DNA of 64,000 nt from Octopus vulgaris (taxonomy: Eukaryota), in the NCBI GenBank assembly GCA_951406725.2, contig OX597820.1, positions 100,130,001 to 100,194,000 of the forward strand, given 5' to 3'. Made by a program: the position numbers and the translations under genes. The notes beneath the pieces were generated by a model that was not told the DNA's origin, did not search any database, and saw nothing but the letters and a program-made list of their open reading frames with translations. Shown here in pieces: positions 23,687 through 37,760 of the stretch (position 1 is the first letter of the stretch; each line of letters opens with the position of its first letter).

Positions 23687-24007
23687 GCTTTTGTACGTTT
23701 GTGTGTATGTATTCTGCATATTCATGTGTTTGTGTGTTCATGTTTGTATGTTTGTGTGTGTATGTGTGTGCGTCTGTGTGTGCGTATTCTTCTATTTTAT
23801 TCCTTGTGAACTATAAAATTTCCCTGTCTAAAATATTCATACCTTGACAGATTACCCAGTGCACGGACATGGTTACCAACCACTTGGGTTAACCCAGAAA
23901 CGGCTGAAAGACTTCAAATTCATCTTACCTTAATTAAATTATTCTAAATGACTTGAGATTCTCGTTCTGCCTTGGTTTTTATTTTCCTTCTAATATAATG
24001 AATGATA

Positions 24008-24917
24008 CTAGCTTAAGGTGACCCGCTCTACGCGCGGGTGATGTTTTGGTTGTTGGACCAATGTATTAATGTAGCATTAAGAACGAAGAGCTCATTTACA
24101 TTTAATTTATAAAATATGAATACTTATTTTTTGAAATTGACATTTAAAGCATGGAAAAATGTGCTTTAAGTATAGTTTAGAAAAATGGAGAAAAGATAGC
24201 GAATGAGGGATTATGTTAATGATTTTAATTTTTTCAGAAAAGTAAAATGTTAAACAATAAATTTAAAAACGGAAACTTATCACCAGAAGGCAAGCGAATA
24301 GCTCGTATTAGAAATATTTTTCTTTTGGGTCAAAAGGCTATTTAGTAATCAAAAAGTTACCCGAGCATGTGCCTCCCTCTTTTGCAATTTCCTCACTCTA
24401 GCTCGGTGGTTTGGTAAGTTGGAGCGCTTACGCATAGACATATCGAAAAGCAAATTTGAGAAATGAAATACTTGGAAACCTAAAGTTGATTTGGTTTAGA
24501 ATGAGAAAACGAATAAAATAGTTAAGATGGAAAATTTTTCAAATTTACAGAAAAAATTTTTTTAACGACGGTCGGCTTGAGTATACAAATAAATTCTTTT
24601 TATCCACGCAAAAATAAATAATATCTGTTACCTTACTGAAAGACCTGTGGTAGGAATATTTAAACTTTTGCGGCTGTCATTGAGAGACGCGTTGGAGAAG
24701 AAAGAGAGACGGTGGAGGTGCCAAACTTCGTTATAGAGTGAGAGAAAATGGAGAGAAGCGGAAAAGAGAGAGATTGAGGAAGAAAAGGCGATATATGAAA
24801 GAGAGGACTGAAAAATGAAATATTTTGAAACCTAAAGATGATTTGTTTTAAGAGAAAGATTCTCATGATTGTGTGGTAGTGGTGGCGATGATAATTCTCT
24901 TTATGAATGTAGAAAAC

Positions 24918-24958
<41 letters not shown>

Positions 24959-25392
24959 CAGTGCTGGCGAAGGAAAGATAGTAGACGCTATCAAATGACG
25001 TTATAGAGAGAACGTGAAAGGAAGGGAGGAGAGAGAGAGAGAGAGAGAGGTGGAGGAAGACAGGCAGACAATAGAATGCGATGGCGGCGAGGGAAAGATA
25101 ATAGACGCTGTGAAAAGACGTTATAGATAGAATTTGAAAGGAAGGGAGGAAAGAGAGTGAGTGATGGAGGAAGACAGATACATAAAAGAATGGGAGTAGA
25201 CTTGTCAAAGTGCGTTTTTGGACCTAGCAACGACATCTTTTAAGATGGGGATTTCGCATCCTCACCTCATTTTACATGTCCCTGTAAATTTTGGAGTCAA
25301 TCCGACGGGATCTCGTTGCCTTTAACCCATTCTCAATGCCAAAACCAGACAAACAAACAAACTTTTCACATTTCAGAATTATAATATAGAGA
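24008..25392 (-). mobile_element. Helitron A (unit 2)
   Basis: CTAG plus hairpin at 24008, TC start at 25392; paralog of 9014-10429. Confidence 0.75.
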
Positions 25393-26488
25393 CTAGCTTA
25401 AGGTGACCCCCTCTACGCGCGGGTAAGAGTGTGGTTGTTACTTTCTGTTATTTCCTTTCGGCACGTAAAAAGCACCATCCGAACGTGGCCGATGGCAGCG
25501 CCGCCTTGACTGGCTTCTGTGCCGGTGGCACGTAAAGAGCACCACCCGATCGTGGACGCTACTAGCACCCCCTGACACCTGTGCCGGTTGCACGAAATAA
25601 GCACCCACTACACTCACGGAGTGGTTGGCGTTATAAACCGCATCCAGCTGTAGAAACACTGCCAGATCAGACTGGAGCCTGGTGCAGCCTCCTGGCTTCC
25701 CAGACCCCGGTCAAACCGTCCAACCCGTGCTAGCACAGAAAACGGACATTAAACGATGATGATGATGTTGATTCTCCCTCTTTGTTTCTCTCTCTTTTCT
25801 CTTTCACTTTCACACTCTCTTGCTCTTCCTTTTCTCGGACTCTCCCTCGCTTTCTCTTACTCTCTATCTTTATCTATCTCTCTCCCATTTATAAACAACA
25901 AAAGATCTTGAGTAAGTTGCAAAAGAATAAAGTTTGAAATATCAATCATTAATATCAGGCAGTGACAACGGAAAGGTCTACTTCAAGGCAGACAGCAAAA
26001 CACTAACATTTAAAAGGGACAGACGAACTTGCAAGCTGAATAAAAATAATAAAATATTGGAAACCAAAGTTTGAAGGGATAGAATCTGAGGATAGTAGAG
26101 TCACCATGGCTGGCATTTCTTAACGACGGACAGCAACGTAGTGGTAGTTTAACGGCAGGCGTAAAACTTTGAACTTGATGTAAAAGAAAATTGCTAAACA
26201 TCAAGTTTTGAAGTGATTCTTTCTCACGACAGTAGACTCACCATGGCAAGCATTCAAAACTTCTTCATCATGGACGGCAACACATTGACGATTAAACGGC
26301 TGGCGCAAATTTTTTAGCTTGATATAACAGAGAATTCCTAAACACCCGCTCCTGTAAATTTTAATCCCCTTCCAGCCCCATTTAGACCCCTTTTCACATT
26401 TTGGTTAATATAACCCGATTTCACTCGGGTCTACTCGGGCCACATATTTTAAGATGAGGAATTTTGTCCCATATATACAAATGTATAC

Positions 26489-26527
<39 letters not shown>

Positions 26528-27388
26528 TTTGTATATATACATTATATATACATATTTATATATAGAACGTACACACACACACACTCACACATAATTTAAC
26601 TCAATAAATATTTGATTCATAATATTTGTTCTCATGATTGTGTGGTAGTAGTAACGATGATAATTCTCTCTATGTATGCAGACAGACGTAAAGTGAGAGA
26701 GAGAGAGTGACAGCGCAGGTGAAGGCGGCAGGAGAAAGATATTAGACATTCCCTTGCGTTTCTCTTACTCTCTTACTTTCTCTATCTATCTCTCTCCCAT
26801 TTATAAGCAACAAAAGATGTTGAGTAAGTTGAGAAAGAAAATATTTTTACGCTTTTCAAACCCTTCGTCGTTATTCTCATTCACTCATTATTACTTTCTC
26901 CCTTCCTTTCACGTTCTCTCTATAACGTTATAGAGAGAATGTGAAAGGAAGGGAGTTAGACGCTGTGAAACAACGTTATAGAGAGAAAGTGAAAGGAAGG
27001 GAGGTAGACGCCGTGAAACAACGTTATAGAGAGAATGTGAAAGGAAGGGAGTTAGATGCTGTGAAACAACGTTATAGAGAGAATGTGAAAGGAAGGGAGT
27101 TAGACGGTGTGAAACGACGTTATAGAGAGAAAGTGAAAGGAAGGGAGGTAGACGCCGTGAAACAACGTTATAGAGAGAATGTGAAAGGAAGGGAGTTAGA
27201 CGGTGTGAAACGACGTTATAAAGAGAAAGTGAAAGGAAGGGAGGTAGACGCTGTGAAACGAGAGTGAGTGATGGAGGAAGACAGATATAGAAAAGAATGG
27301 GAGTAGACTTGTCAAAGTGCGTTTCTGGCCCTAGCAACGACACCTTTTAAGATAGGGATTTTCGAATGTCAGAATTATAATATAGAGA
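25393..27388 (-). mobile_element. Helitron B (unit 2, complete)
   Basis: CTAG plus hairpin at 25393; 5' TCTCTATATTATAATTCTG at 27388 preceded by A, consistent with an A|T target. Confidence 0.72.
26924..27260. repeat. 48-bp minisatellite, about 7 units, inside Helitron B
   Basis: Unit gtgaaaggaagggagttagacgctgtgaaacaacgttatagagagaat; only 2-3 units in the paralog at 38086-38195. Confidence 0.9.
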
Positions 27389-27405
27389 TAATGATGTGTG
27401 TGCGT

Positions 27406-27457
<52 letters not shown>

Positions 27458-27619
27458 GTTTATGTTTGTGTGCGTGTGAGCGTGTTTGAGTGTATAGTTA
27501 TATCCAGTTAAGTACAGTATAAAGTTCGTTCACGCATACATGGAAAAGGTCCTATCTTCCAGGGACGTGACATGTTGAACCCTACGTTTAAGTGCTAAAA
27601 AGTTATTGATCGTCTTAGC

Positions 27620-27872
27620 TAACAAACGTAGAAGCAATTTTGAAAATGTCAGTTCCATCAGATGTAAACCAAATGAGATCGTTCTTGGGTTGCTTAGCTA
27701 TTAATGTATGATCCTACCTTCCATGCATCATTTCAGTGAACCTTTAAACCATCTGCTTCAGAAAGATACAAAAACACGAAGCCTTCGAAGAGGCGAAAGA
27801 ATTATTGCAATCTGAGTTATCACTAACTTATTATGACCCAAAACTGGAAGTAACAGCGGCTGCAGATGCCAT
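27620..27872 (+). pseudogene. Gypsy LTR-retrotransposon pol remnant (RT thumb/RNase H junction); copies at about 38600-38852 and 59850-60100
   Basis: Hand translation across frameshifts: 'VEAILKMSVPSDVNQMRSFLG...EPLNHLLQKD...AFEEAKELLQSELSLTYYDPKLEVTAAADA'. Confidence 0.7.
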
Positions 27873-28053
27873 GGAAACGAGCTGATACCTAAATACTTTT
27901 TGCTTACCTCCCTTGAAAGAGTGGACTTTTGCTTACTTCCCTTGAATCATTAAGCATACGAAACACATCTGTATGAGCGAACTTGCAGCATATTTGAGAC
28001 TTGTGTTGCTTGTCGGGGTAAAACTTTCTACAACGATGTGTGTATTTGTATGT

Positions 28054-28150
<97 letters not shown>

Positions 28151-28606
28151 CTGTGTGTGTCTGTGTGTTTGTGTGTGCGTGCGTGCAAAACTACTACAGT
28201 TGAAGATGACCAGAATTTCTTTTTCTATAGCAGATGAGCGACTATCTTTTGATACAGACAGAGTACAGGCTACGCTTTCAGGCTTTTTGGAAAAGTTTTC
28301 AGATGTAACCCAATAGGTTCACTATTAATTGTGTGAAATATTCACGGGTGTTGCTAGTACATTTACATGTACATACATGCATGTATGCATACATACATTC
28401 ATACATACACGCATACATACATACATACATACATACATACATACATACATACATACATACATACATACATAAAGGCAGACAGACAGACGTATAGACACAC
28501 AAACATACATGAGTGTGTGTGAGTACATACATATATACATGTAACGACGGAGGTAAAGTATAAGCACCCCACCTCCTTAATTTTATTAAGTTTTTTTTTT
28601 TTGCCC

Positions 28607-28680
28607 TGGGGTATATGGCGCAGTGGTTAAGAGCACGGGATACTAACCCTAAGATTCCAAACTTGATTCTTTGGAGTGTT
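28607..28680 (+). mobile_element. Short tRNA-derived SINE-like head followed by (AAT)n; copies at 39542 and 60787
   Basis: A-box-like TGGCGCAGTGG, degenerate B-box, no proper 3' acceptor strand. Confidence 0.55.
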
Positions 28681-28683
28681 ATG

Positions 28684-28751
<68 letters not shown>

Positions 28752-28764
28752 TAATAAGGATAAT

Positions 28765-31395
28765 AAATGCCCTGATGCTGTACCAGGCAGTGCTCTCATG
28801 GCTCCTGATCTTAGCTGATTGGAAGTGTTAGCATGTACCTTTCATAAAGTCACTGCCGCAAAAATATTTTTATTTTTTGCAAGTAAAATTTGGAAATAAA
28901 TTTGATAATATTTAACAAATATTAGCTATACTTGCGTTATAAAGAGGCCAATGTATCTCACCAGATTACTGTGCGACCTATCTACGAGCCAACCGCAAAT
29001 ATCTACGTTAACAACCACAAACTAAGGATGCTGCAACCTATCCACTGGTGCGACCTATCCTCTGGTGTGACCTATCCACTGATGCGACCAATCAACGAGC
29101 ATATAGGGGGTATCTATGTTGTTTCTCAACTTGATGGAAGTCAAACTCTTACACACTTCCGTATTAGAAACGGAAATGTGTATTACATAATACTAACTTT
29201 TGTATTTAACACCTGAGAGAAAGAACAATGTGGTAATGAATTTTTAGATGATATTTCTAATCAGTGAAGTTTCACTTGTGACTGAATAACAACATATTAA
29301 CCGTAACAGTAATACACTCGGCAATCACAAAACTACACCAACGATCAGAAGAACAACAAGTACAAAATGCGCATTGTGTAAAAACGTACTGGAATACTTA
29401 CATGCAAAATATATACTGACTATTGAAACTAAAACACTGAGTTTTGGTGTGATGATCATTTTTCAGTTTGTACGGAAAGACACAAATAATTGAAGATAAG
29501 AAAATGCCTCTCAATAAGTATTGCTTTGAGAGCCGTTGTTAGTCACTTGAATTTGTCACTGGTTGATCGTTATTTTATTTTATTTTCTAAAGTGAAAGAG
29601 GCGGGTGAGCGAGCACAATTATGTAGACGTACGTGAAAATAATGGGTGGTCGTGTCGTTATACCGGTTTCTGTATATGAAAGGTAATGGAGGGGAGGTGA
29701 AGAATGCTACTAGTTTTCAGCGTAACCACAACCCTAAACACCGTGTGTGCCTATTCTTTACCTTCGCCGCAATGAGTGTATATCACACACAAAAACACAC
29801 TTGCATAAGGTATGTATTTATTTATGTATGTACGTACATATGAAAGATCATGGTAGTGTGTGTGTATGTGTATGTATGTATGTGTGTGCCTGTATGTGTA
29901 TACATGGGTGGTTCTTTCAACATCCTTAAACAACCCTTATTCAGGGACCTTTTGAGCGGGATGGGCTACTCAACCTGAAGAAAATTCTAACTGGGCGCCA
30001 CCTGCAAGGTCATGTGCTGTTTATCTTGATATGAGATCACCATGTCGCGCACATATGGTTGTGATGCATGTGCCTGGTGTACCTTTATCAGACGGGTAGT
30101 CATGATGGGTATATTGGGCTTCGGATATTTTACCCCAGTGTCACTTTGATGGCATGAACTGCTCTCTCACTCAATAATAATAATAATAATAATGATGATA
30201 ATAAATGCCCTGATGCAGTACCAGGCAGTGCTCTCATGGCTCCTGATCTTAGCTGATTGGAAGTGTTTGCTTGTACCTTTCATAAAGTCACTGCCGCAAA
30301 AATATTTTTATTTTTGCAAGTAAAATTTAGAAATATAGGTGAATATTTGATAATATTTAACAAATATTAGCTATACTTGCGTTATAATGAGGCCAATGTA
30401 ACTCACCAGATTACTGTGCGACCTATCTACGAGCCAACTGCAAATATCTACGTTAACAACCACAATCTAAGGATGCGACCTATCAACTGATGCTGCGGCC
30501 TATCCACTGGTGCGACCTATCCTCTGGTGTGACCTATCCACTGATGCGACCCATTCACGAGCATATAGCGGGTTTCTATGTTATTTCTCAACTTGATGGA
30601 AATCAAACTCTTACACACTTCCGTATTAGAAACGGAAATGTGTATTACATAATACTAACTTTTGTATTTAACACCTGAGAGAAAGAACAATGTGGTAATG
30701 AATTTTTAGATGATATTTCTAATCAGTGAAGTTTCACTTGTGACTGAATAACAACATATTAACCGTAACAGTAATACACTCGGCAATCACAAAACTACAC
30801 CAACGATCAGAAGAACAACAAGTACAAAATGCGCATTGTGTAAAAACGTACTGGAATACTTACATGCAAAATATATACTGACTATTGAAACTAAAACACT
30901 GAGTTTTGGTGTGATAATCATTTTTCAGTTTGTACGGAAAGACACAAATAATTGAAGATAAGAAAATGCCTCTCAATGCGTATTGCTTTGACTGCTGTTG
31001 TTGATCACTCGCATTTGTCACTGGCTGATCGTTATTTTATTTTATTTTCTAAAGTGAAAGAGGCGGGTGGACGAGCACAATTATGTAGACGTACGTGAAA
31101 ATAATGGGTGTTCGTGTCGTTATATAGGTTCCTGTATATGAAAGGTAATGGAGCGGAGGTGAAGAATGCTACTCGTTTTCAGCGTAACCCTAACCCTAAA
31201 CACCGAGTGTGCCTATTCTTTACCTTCGCCGGCAATGAGTGTATATGTGTGTGTGTGTATTGTATTAAGTCATACACACACAAAAACACACTTGCATAAA
31301 GTATGTATTTATTTATGTATGTACGTACATATGAAAGATCATGGTAGTGTGTGTGTATGTGTATGTATGTATGTGTGTGCCTGTATGTGTATACA
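28765..31395. repeat. Local tandem duplication: 28765-29902 repeated at 30203-31395
   Basis: Colinear sequence with an offset of about 1.44-1.49 kb; a third paralog lies at 40303-41450. Confidence 0.85.
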
Positions 31396-31988
31396 CGCAA
31401 ATATATGTATCTGTCTGTCCGTATGTATGTATGTCTGTCTGTCTGAGAAAATTCAACACGAGTACGCCAGAAGCGAAACAAGATCATTTTAGACCAGCTC
31501 AAACACTCTGGCAGTTGAAGTTATATTTTTTGTTGATGGCGGATTGGGTACGGCAATTTATAAAGGAAACTTTTGTGTGGTCGTCAGTTATAGTTAAAAG
31601 CGATGTGGGAAAGTTATAAAGTTTAATTGGAAAATCAAATCCAGACAACATATAATTCCGAATATTTTGCAGGAAGAATTCAGTTTACCTTCTTCACAAG
31701 AATATAGGCAAAAGAATGATATCCGAAGTCACCTCAGACAAAATTCAACACGAGTACGCCAGAAGCGAAACAAGATCATTTTAAACCAGCTCAAACACTT
31801 TGGCAATTGAAGTTATAATTTTTGTTGAGGGGGATTGGTTAAGGATAAGACGAACAATAACTTTTTTGCACTTAAACGTGGGGTTCAACTTGTCGCGTCC
31901 CTGGAAGCCAGGTCCTTTTCCAGGTACGCGCGAAAGAACTTTATACTGTACTTACCAGGATATAACTATATACACACGCACACACATA

Positions 31989-32043
<55 letters not shown>

Positions 32044-32251
32044 ACAAGGAATAAAATTCACAATTTATAAGGATTAAATTAAATTATTAAGGAATAAAAT
32101 AGAAGAATTAAGAGTAAAAGTAGTTAGAAGAATATAGGCAGGAGAACAGTGTTCACAACCCACTTTTTCCATAGGATATGGATGTTGGTCAGTACTTCTA
32201 TGAAGGTACAGGTTTTCAGTGAAAAACAGAGGTAAATCACGGCAGTATAAT

Positions 32252-32327
32252 GTCTCTGATGACGGAATACTCAGTGCATGGACATGCTAACCAACTACTC
32301 GGGTTATTCCGGAAACGGCTGTAAGAC
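32252..32327 (+). ncRNA. Type I hammerhead ribozyme, canonical core, long helix II
   Basis: gtct-CTGATGA-CGGAATA..35 nt..TATTCCG-GAAAC-ggct-GTA-agac. Confidence 0.82.
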
Positions 32328-32577
32328 TTCCAATTCAACTTACCCTCATTAGATTATTTTAAATGACTTGAGATACTCGTTCTGACTTGGTTTTGATTTT
32401 CCCCTAATATGATATATACCATCTATAATGGAACCCTAACACGGATCCCTAGATCCATCCTTAGTTGTGATCTGGGAACGTAACAGTCGACCAACTGTAG
32501 CACTTACCCTGGATACCTATTCCTTTAGATCATAAGTGAACTAAATCCATCATATTCTTTATGTGTGTGTGTGTGCG

Positions 32578-32718
32578 TATATATATATATAAAACTGAGA
32601 ATGTGTGTCTGTCTGTCTGTCTGTCTGTGTGTTTCCCTAAAACTTGATAACTACGCAACCAATTTCATTCAAATTTCACACATGTCTTACTTAGGGTCCA
32701 GGGAGTGTCATCGGCAAA
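32578..32718 (+). mobile_element. 5' end of a Helitron/DINE-like non-autonomous element (longer copy at about 63042-63460)
   Basis: tatataaaactgagaat-(GTCT)n-ccctaaaacttga...gagtgtcatcggcaaaa is shared with 63048-63190. Confidence 0.55.
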
Positions 32719-33019
32719 ATTATATCTTTTGAGTAAGGATCATGCGGAATATCCTGGAATATTTCTCTTAGTATTTCCCGACGACCAAAATTGGTGTGAA
32801 AGCTTCTAACAATATAGAGAAGTAAAAGTCGTTCATGCCTAGAACAGAGATCTGGTTCATTGATAAGTCTTTTGAAGTTGTGTTTGTAAGGTCGTGGTTT
32901 ATCATAATACTCATCTGGAACATTTGAACGCTTCGGTTTTTTTCTATAAATCACTTTGGTATGTTTTAATATCGATGATCTTTAATCGAAGTACGACTGT
33001 TCAAGAGCAAAACTTATAC
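32718..33019 (-). pseudogene. GT31 copy 3: only the first ~100 codons of the exon, with a premature stop
   Basis: Homology ends at 'DPYSKDII' where the repeat begins; TTC GAT TAA at about 32983 replaces F-D-K. Confidence 0.88.
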
Positions 33020-34191
33020 CTAAAAAGAAAATAAATGCCAATTATGTATTACAAAAATCTAAAAAATATATAATGTATTACAATTATGTATTACAATTTA
33101 TGCATTACAAATTTTTTTAAAAGCATGAGTTCCTATTATATATTACAAAAATGTATATCATTAGCGCAGAGAAAATCAGGTTATTCTTCATTTGTTTTCA
33201 ATAGCACTGTTCACCCATCACATTGAACTATCTCACGTTATTTCAATTTTTCTAGATGACACTCTTACATAAATAACTACTATCAGTACTCGTGAAACTT
33301 CCTGAATTATTTTTAAAATTGTAACACAAAATTGTATATTTTTCTGAAATAATTGATTCTTGAGATGGTATAAAAATCCACATAGGTAGCATTGAAGACG
33401 CAGTCTCAAGAAACAACTTTTTTTGAAAGCTACATTCTTATGCTTAGTACTTTGTGAGTTATCTAATACTTTTCGCTTTATACCAAGAAGTAAACAATAT
33501 AAACTATGGAACAAAATTGAAGACATTATCTTCAATTATTATTCTGATGCTGTACGTTGGTATGGATTTGCATGGCTTAGTGGTTTGGGTGTGGCACTTA
33601 CAAAGGCAACGCTATGTTTTTGATTGCTGGACTGCTGATGCGTTGTGTTCTTGAGTAAAACACTTAATTTCACATTGTTCCTGTTCACTCAGCTAACAAA
33701 CATGAATATTTCTGCGACTGAGCGGTTTCCTGTCCAGGATGCGATGTATATGCCACAGAGTCCGAAAACCGAATTCAAGAGTCAATGGTTCGGGAAAGAC
33801 TCTTGATCCTCCTTTTGGACAGTATATTTGTAAAGTTTCGACAAATCAGAATATGCTATTTGGAAAGGAAAACTATAAAAACGATTAATGTTAAACTTTC
33901 TTGTCTTTTCCTATTCTTAGTTTACATTGTATATCGTTGTCCCTATTTTATAAACAAGTATTCTTCGACTGAGCAAGCAAAATTTAATTACAATAAAACA
34001 CATGCATCAAAAGATAGGTGATATATAATATTTTCAAAAACATTACAAACTACTTTTTTTGCTGTCCAGCCACCACTGCTACCTGCATTAAGCAATATCC
34101 AACCCCACTATCATCATTTAACGGCCGACCACCGGCACTATACTTATCACTAACAAGGCTCAGTCTAAATTATTCGCCACTCGTGATCATA

Positions 34192-34273
<82 letters not shown>

Positions 34274-34891
34274 GTCTGGAGAGATTCATTCTGTTTTAAT
34301 GCTTTGTTAATTAACACAGTCACCGGTAGGATTTCCACTCATTTACTTATTTTTTCAATAGTCATTGACAGTGTCCGTTATTGGAGCTGAGTTCTTTTTG
34401 TATGTTTGTTTTGTGCATGTATATGCGTCAATTTTGCATGTGTGTATACATATGTATGTATGTATATAAGTAGATATGTATGTATTATGTATGTATGTGT
34501 TTGTGTATCCATTTATATATATGTATATGCTTTTGTACGTTTGTGTGTATGTATTCTGCATATTCATGTGTTTGTGTGTTCATGTTTCTATATTTGTGTG
34601 TGTGTGTGTGCGTCTGTGTGTGCGTATTCTTCTATTTTATTCCTTTATTCTTTTATTTTATTCCTTATAAACTGTGAATTTTATTCCTTGTGAACTATAA
34701 ATTTTCCCTGTCTAAAATATTCATACCTTGACAGATTACCCAGTGCACGGACATGGTTACCAACCACTTGGGTTGACCCAGAAACGGCTGAAAGACTTCA
34801 AATTCATCTTACCTTAATTAAATTATTCTAAATGACTTGAGATTCTCGTTCTGCCTTGGTTTTTATTTTCCTTCTAATATAATGAATGATA

Positions 34892-37532
34892 CTAGCTTAA
34901 GGTGACCCGCTCTACGCGCGGGAGATGTTTTGGTTGTTGGACCAATGTATTAATGTAGCATTAAGAACGAAGAGCTCATTTACATTTAATTTATAAAATA
35001 TGAATACTTATTTTTTGAAATTGACAGTTAAAGCATGGAAAAATGTGATTTAAGTATAGTTTAGAAAAATGGAGAAAAGATAGCGAATGAGGGATTATGT
35101 TAATGATTTTAATTTTTTCAGAAAAGTAAAATGTTAAACAATAATTTTTAAAAACGGAAACTTATCACCAGAAGGCAAGCGAATAGCCCGTATTAGAAAT
35201 ATTTTTCTTTTGTGTAAAAAGGCTATTTAGTAATCAAAAAGTTACCCGAGCATGTGCCTCCCTCTTTTGCAATTTCCTCACTCTAGCTCGGTGGTTTGAT
35301 AAGTTGTAGCGCTTACGCATAGACATATCGAAAAGCAAATTTGAAAAATGAAATACTTGGAAACCTAAAGTTGATTTGGTTTAGAATGAGAAAACGAATA
35401 AAATAGTTAAGATGTAAATATTTCAAAACTGGAAAATTTATCAAATTTACAGAAAATGAGAGAGATCGAGGAAGAAAAGGTGATATATGAAAGAGAGGAC
35501 TGAAAATTGAAATATTTTGAAACCTAAAGATGATTTGCTTTAAGAGAAAGATTCTCATGATTGTGTGGTGGTGATGGCGATGATAATTCTCTTTATGAAT
35601 ACAGACAGACGTAGAGAGAAAGAGAGAAAGAGAGAGAGGGTGACAGCGCTAGCGAAGGAATGATAGTAGACGCTATCGAATGACGTTATAGAGAAAAGTG
35701 AAAGGAAGGGAAGAGAGAGGGAGAGAGAGAGATGGAGGAAGACCGGCAGACAATAGAATGTGATGGCGGCGAGGGAAAGATAATAGACGCTGTGAAACGA
35801 CGTTATAGATAGAATTTGAAAGGAAGGGAGGAAAGAGAGTGTGTGATGGAGGAAGACAGATACATAAAAGAATGGGAGTAGACTTGTCAAAGTGCGTTTT
35901 TGGCCCTCGCAACGACACCTTTTAAGATTGGATTTCTAACCTAGACCACTCGCATCTTTCCCTCATTTTACATGACCCTGTAAAATTTGGAGTCAATCCG
36001 ACGGGCTCTAGTGGCATTTAACCCGTTCTCAATGCCAAAATCAGACAAACAAAGAAACTTTTCGCATTTCAGAATTATAATATAGAGAGTAGCTTAAGGT
36101 GACCCATTCTACGCGCAGGTAAGTGTATGGTTGTTACTTTCTGTTATTTCCTTTCGGCACGTAAAAAGATGGGGATTTCTAACCTAAACCACTCGCATCC
36201 TCACCTCATTTTACATGTCCCTGTAAATTTTGGAGTCAATCCGACGGGATCTAGTGACATTTAACCCGTTCTCAATGCCAAAATCAGACAAACAAACAAA
36301 CTTTTCGCATTTCAGAATTATAATATAGAGAGTAGCTTAAGGTGACCCGCTCTACGCGCAGGTAAGTGTATGGTTGTTACTTTCTGTTATTTCCTTTCGG
36401 CACGTAAAATGCACCATCCGAACGTGGCCGATGGCAGCGCCGCCATGAATGGATTCTGTGCCGGTGGCACGTAAAAAGCACCAACCGATCTTGGCCTCTG
36501 CCAGCACCCCCTGGCAGCTGTGCCGGTGGCACGAAATAAGCACCCACTACAATCACGGATAGTTGGCGTTAGGAAGTGCATCCAGCTGTAGAAACACTGC
36601 CAGATCAGACTGGAGCCTGGTGTAGCCTCCTGGCTTCCCAGACACTGGTCAAACCGTCCAAACCGTGCTAGCACGGAAAACGGACATTAAACGGTTATGA
36701 TGATGTTGATTCTCCCTCTTTGTTTCTCTCTCCATTCTCTTTCACTTTCCCACTCTCTTACTCTTCCATTCTCTCGGACCTTCCCTCGCTTTCTCTTACT
36801 CTCTATCTTTATCTATCTCTCTCACATTTATAAAAAAACAAAAGATCTTGAGTAAGTTGAGAAAGAAAATATTTTGAAATATCAATCATAAATATCAGGC
36901 AGTGACAACGGAAAGGTCTACTTCAAGGCAGACAGCAAAACACTAACATTTAAAAGGGACAGAGGAACTTGCGAGCTGAATAAAGATAATAGAATATTAG
37001 AAACCAATGTTTGAAGGGATAGAATCTGAGGATAGTAGAGTCACCATGGCTGGCATTTCTTAACGACGGATAGCACCGTAGTGGCAGTTTAACGGCTGGC
37101 GTAAAACTTTGAACTTGATGTAAAAGAAAATTGCTAAACATCAAGTTTTGAAGTGATTCTTTCTCACGACAGTAGACTCACCATGGCAAGCATTCAAAAC
37201 TTCTTCATCATGGACGGCAACACATTGACGATTAAAAGGCTGGCACAAATTTTTTAGCTTGATGTAACAGAGATTTCCTAAACACCCGCTCCTGTAAATT
37301 TTAATCCCCTTCCAGCCCCATTTAGACCCCTTTTCACATTTTGGTTAATATAATCTGATTTCACTCGGGTTAACTCGGACCACATTTTATAAGATGAGGA
37401 ATTTTGTCCAAGAGGGATCACGCCTTTCATTTGAGGATAAAAATAGTTGCCATTGCAAACTCGCCAGTACTTTTAACATAGGTGTGCATGTTTTCCGCTC
37501 AACCGACCACATAATGCACACATTATATATAC

Positions 37533-37603
<71 letters not shown>

Positions 37604-37726
37604 CGTGTGTGCACGCATTATATATACAAATGTATACAAATTATATATATATATATATATATATATAAATACAGATATATACACTTTGTATATATACATT
37701 ATATATATTTATATATAGAACACACT

Positions 37727-37760
<34 letters not shown>

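Noticed and set aside
26909-27343. ORFs with 16-aa repeats, and a superficial CRISPR-like periodicity
   Set aside because: A 48-bp minisatellite with no unique spacers, inside a Helitron, in eukaryotic DNA.
28607-28680. Functional tRNA gene
   Set aside because: The T-loop/B box is degenerate, there is no 3' acceptor strand, and it runs into (AAT)n; a SINE-like relic fits better.
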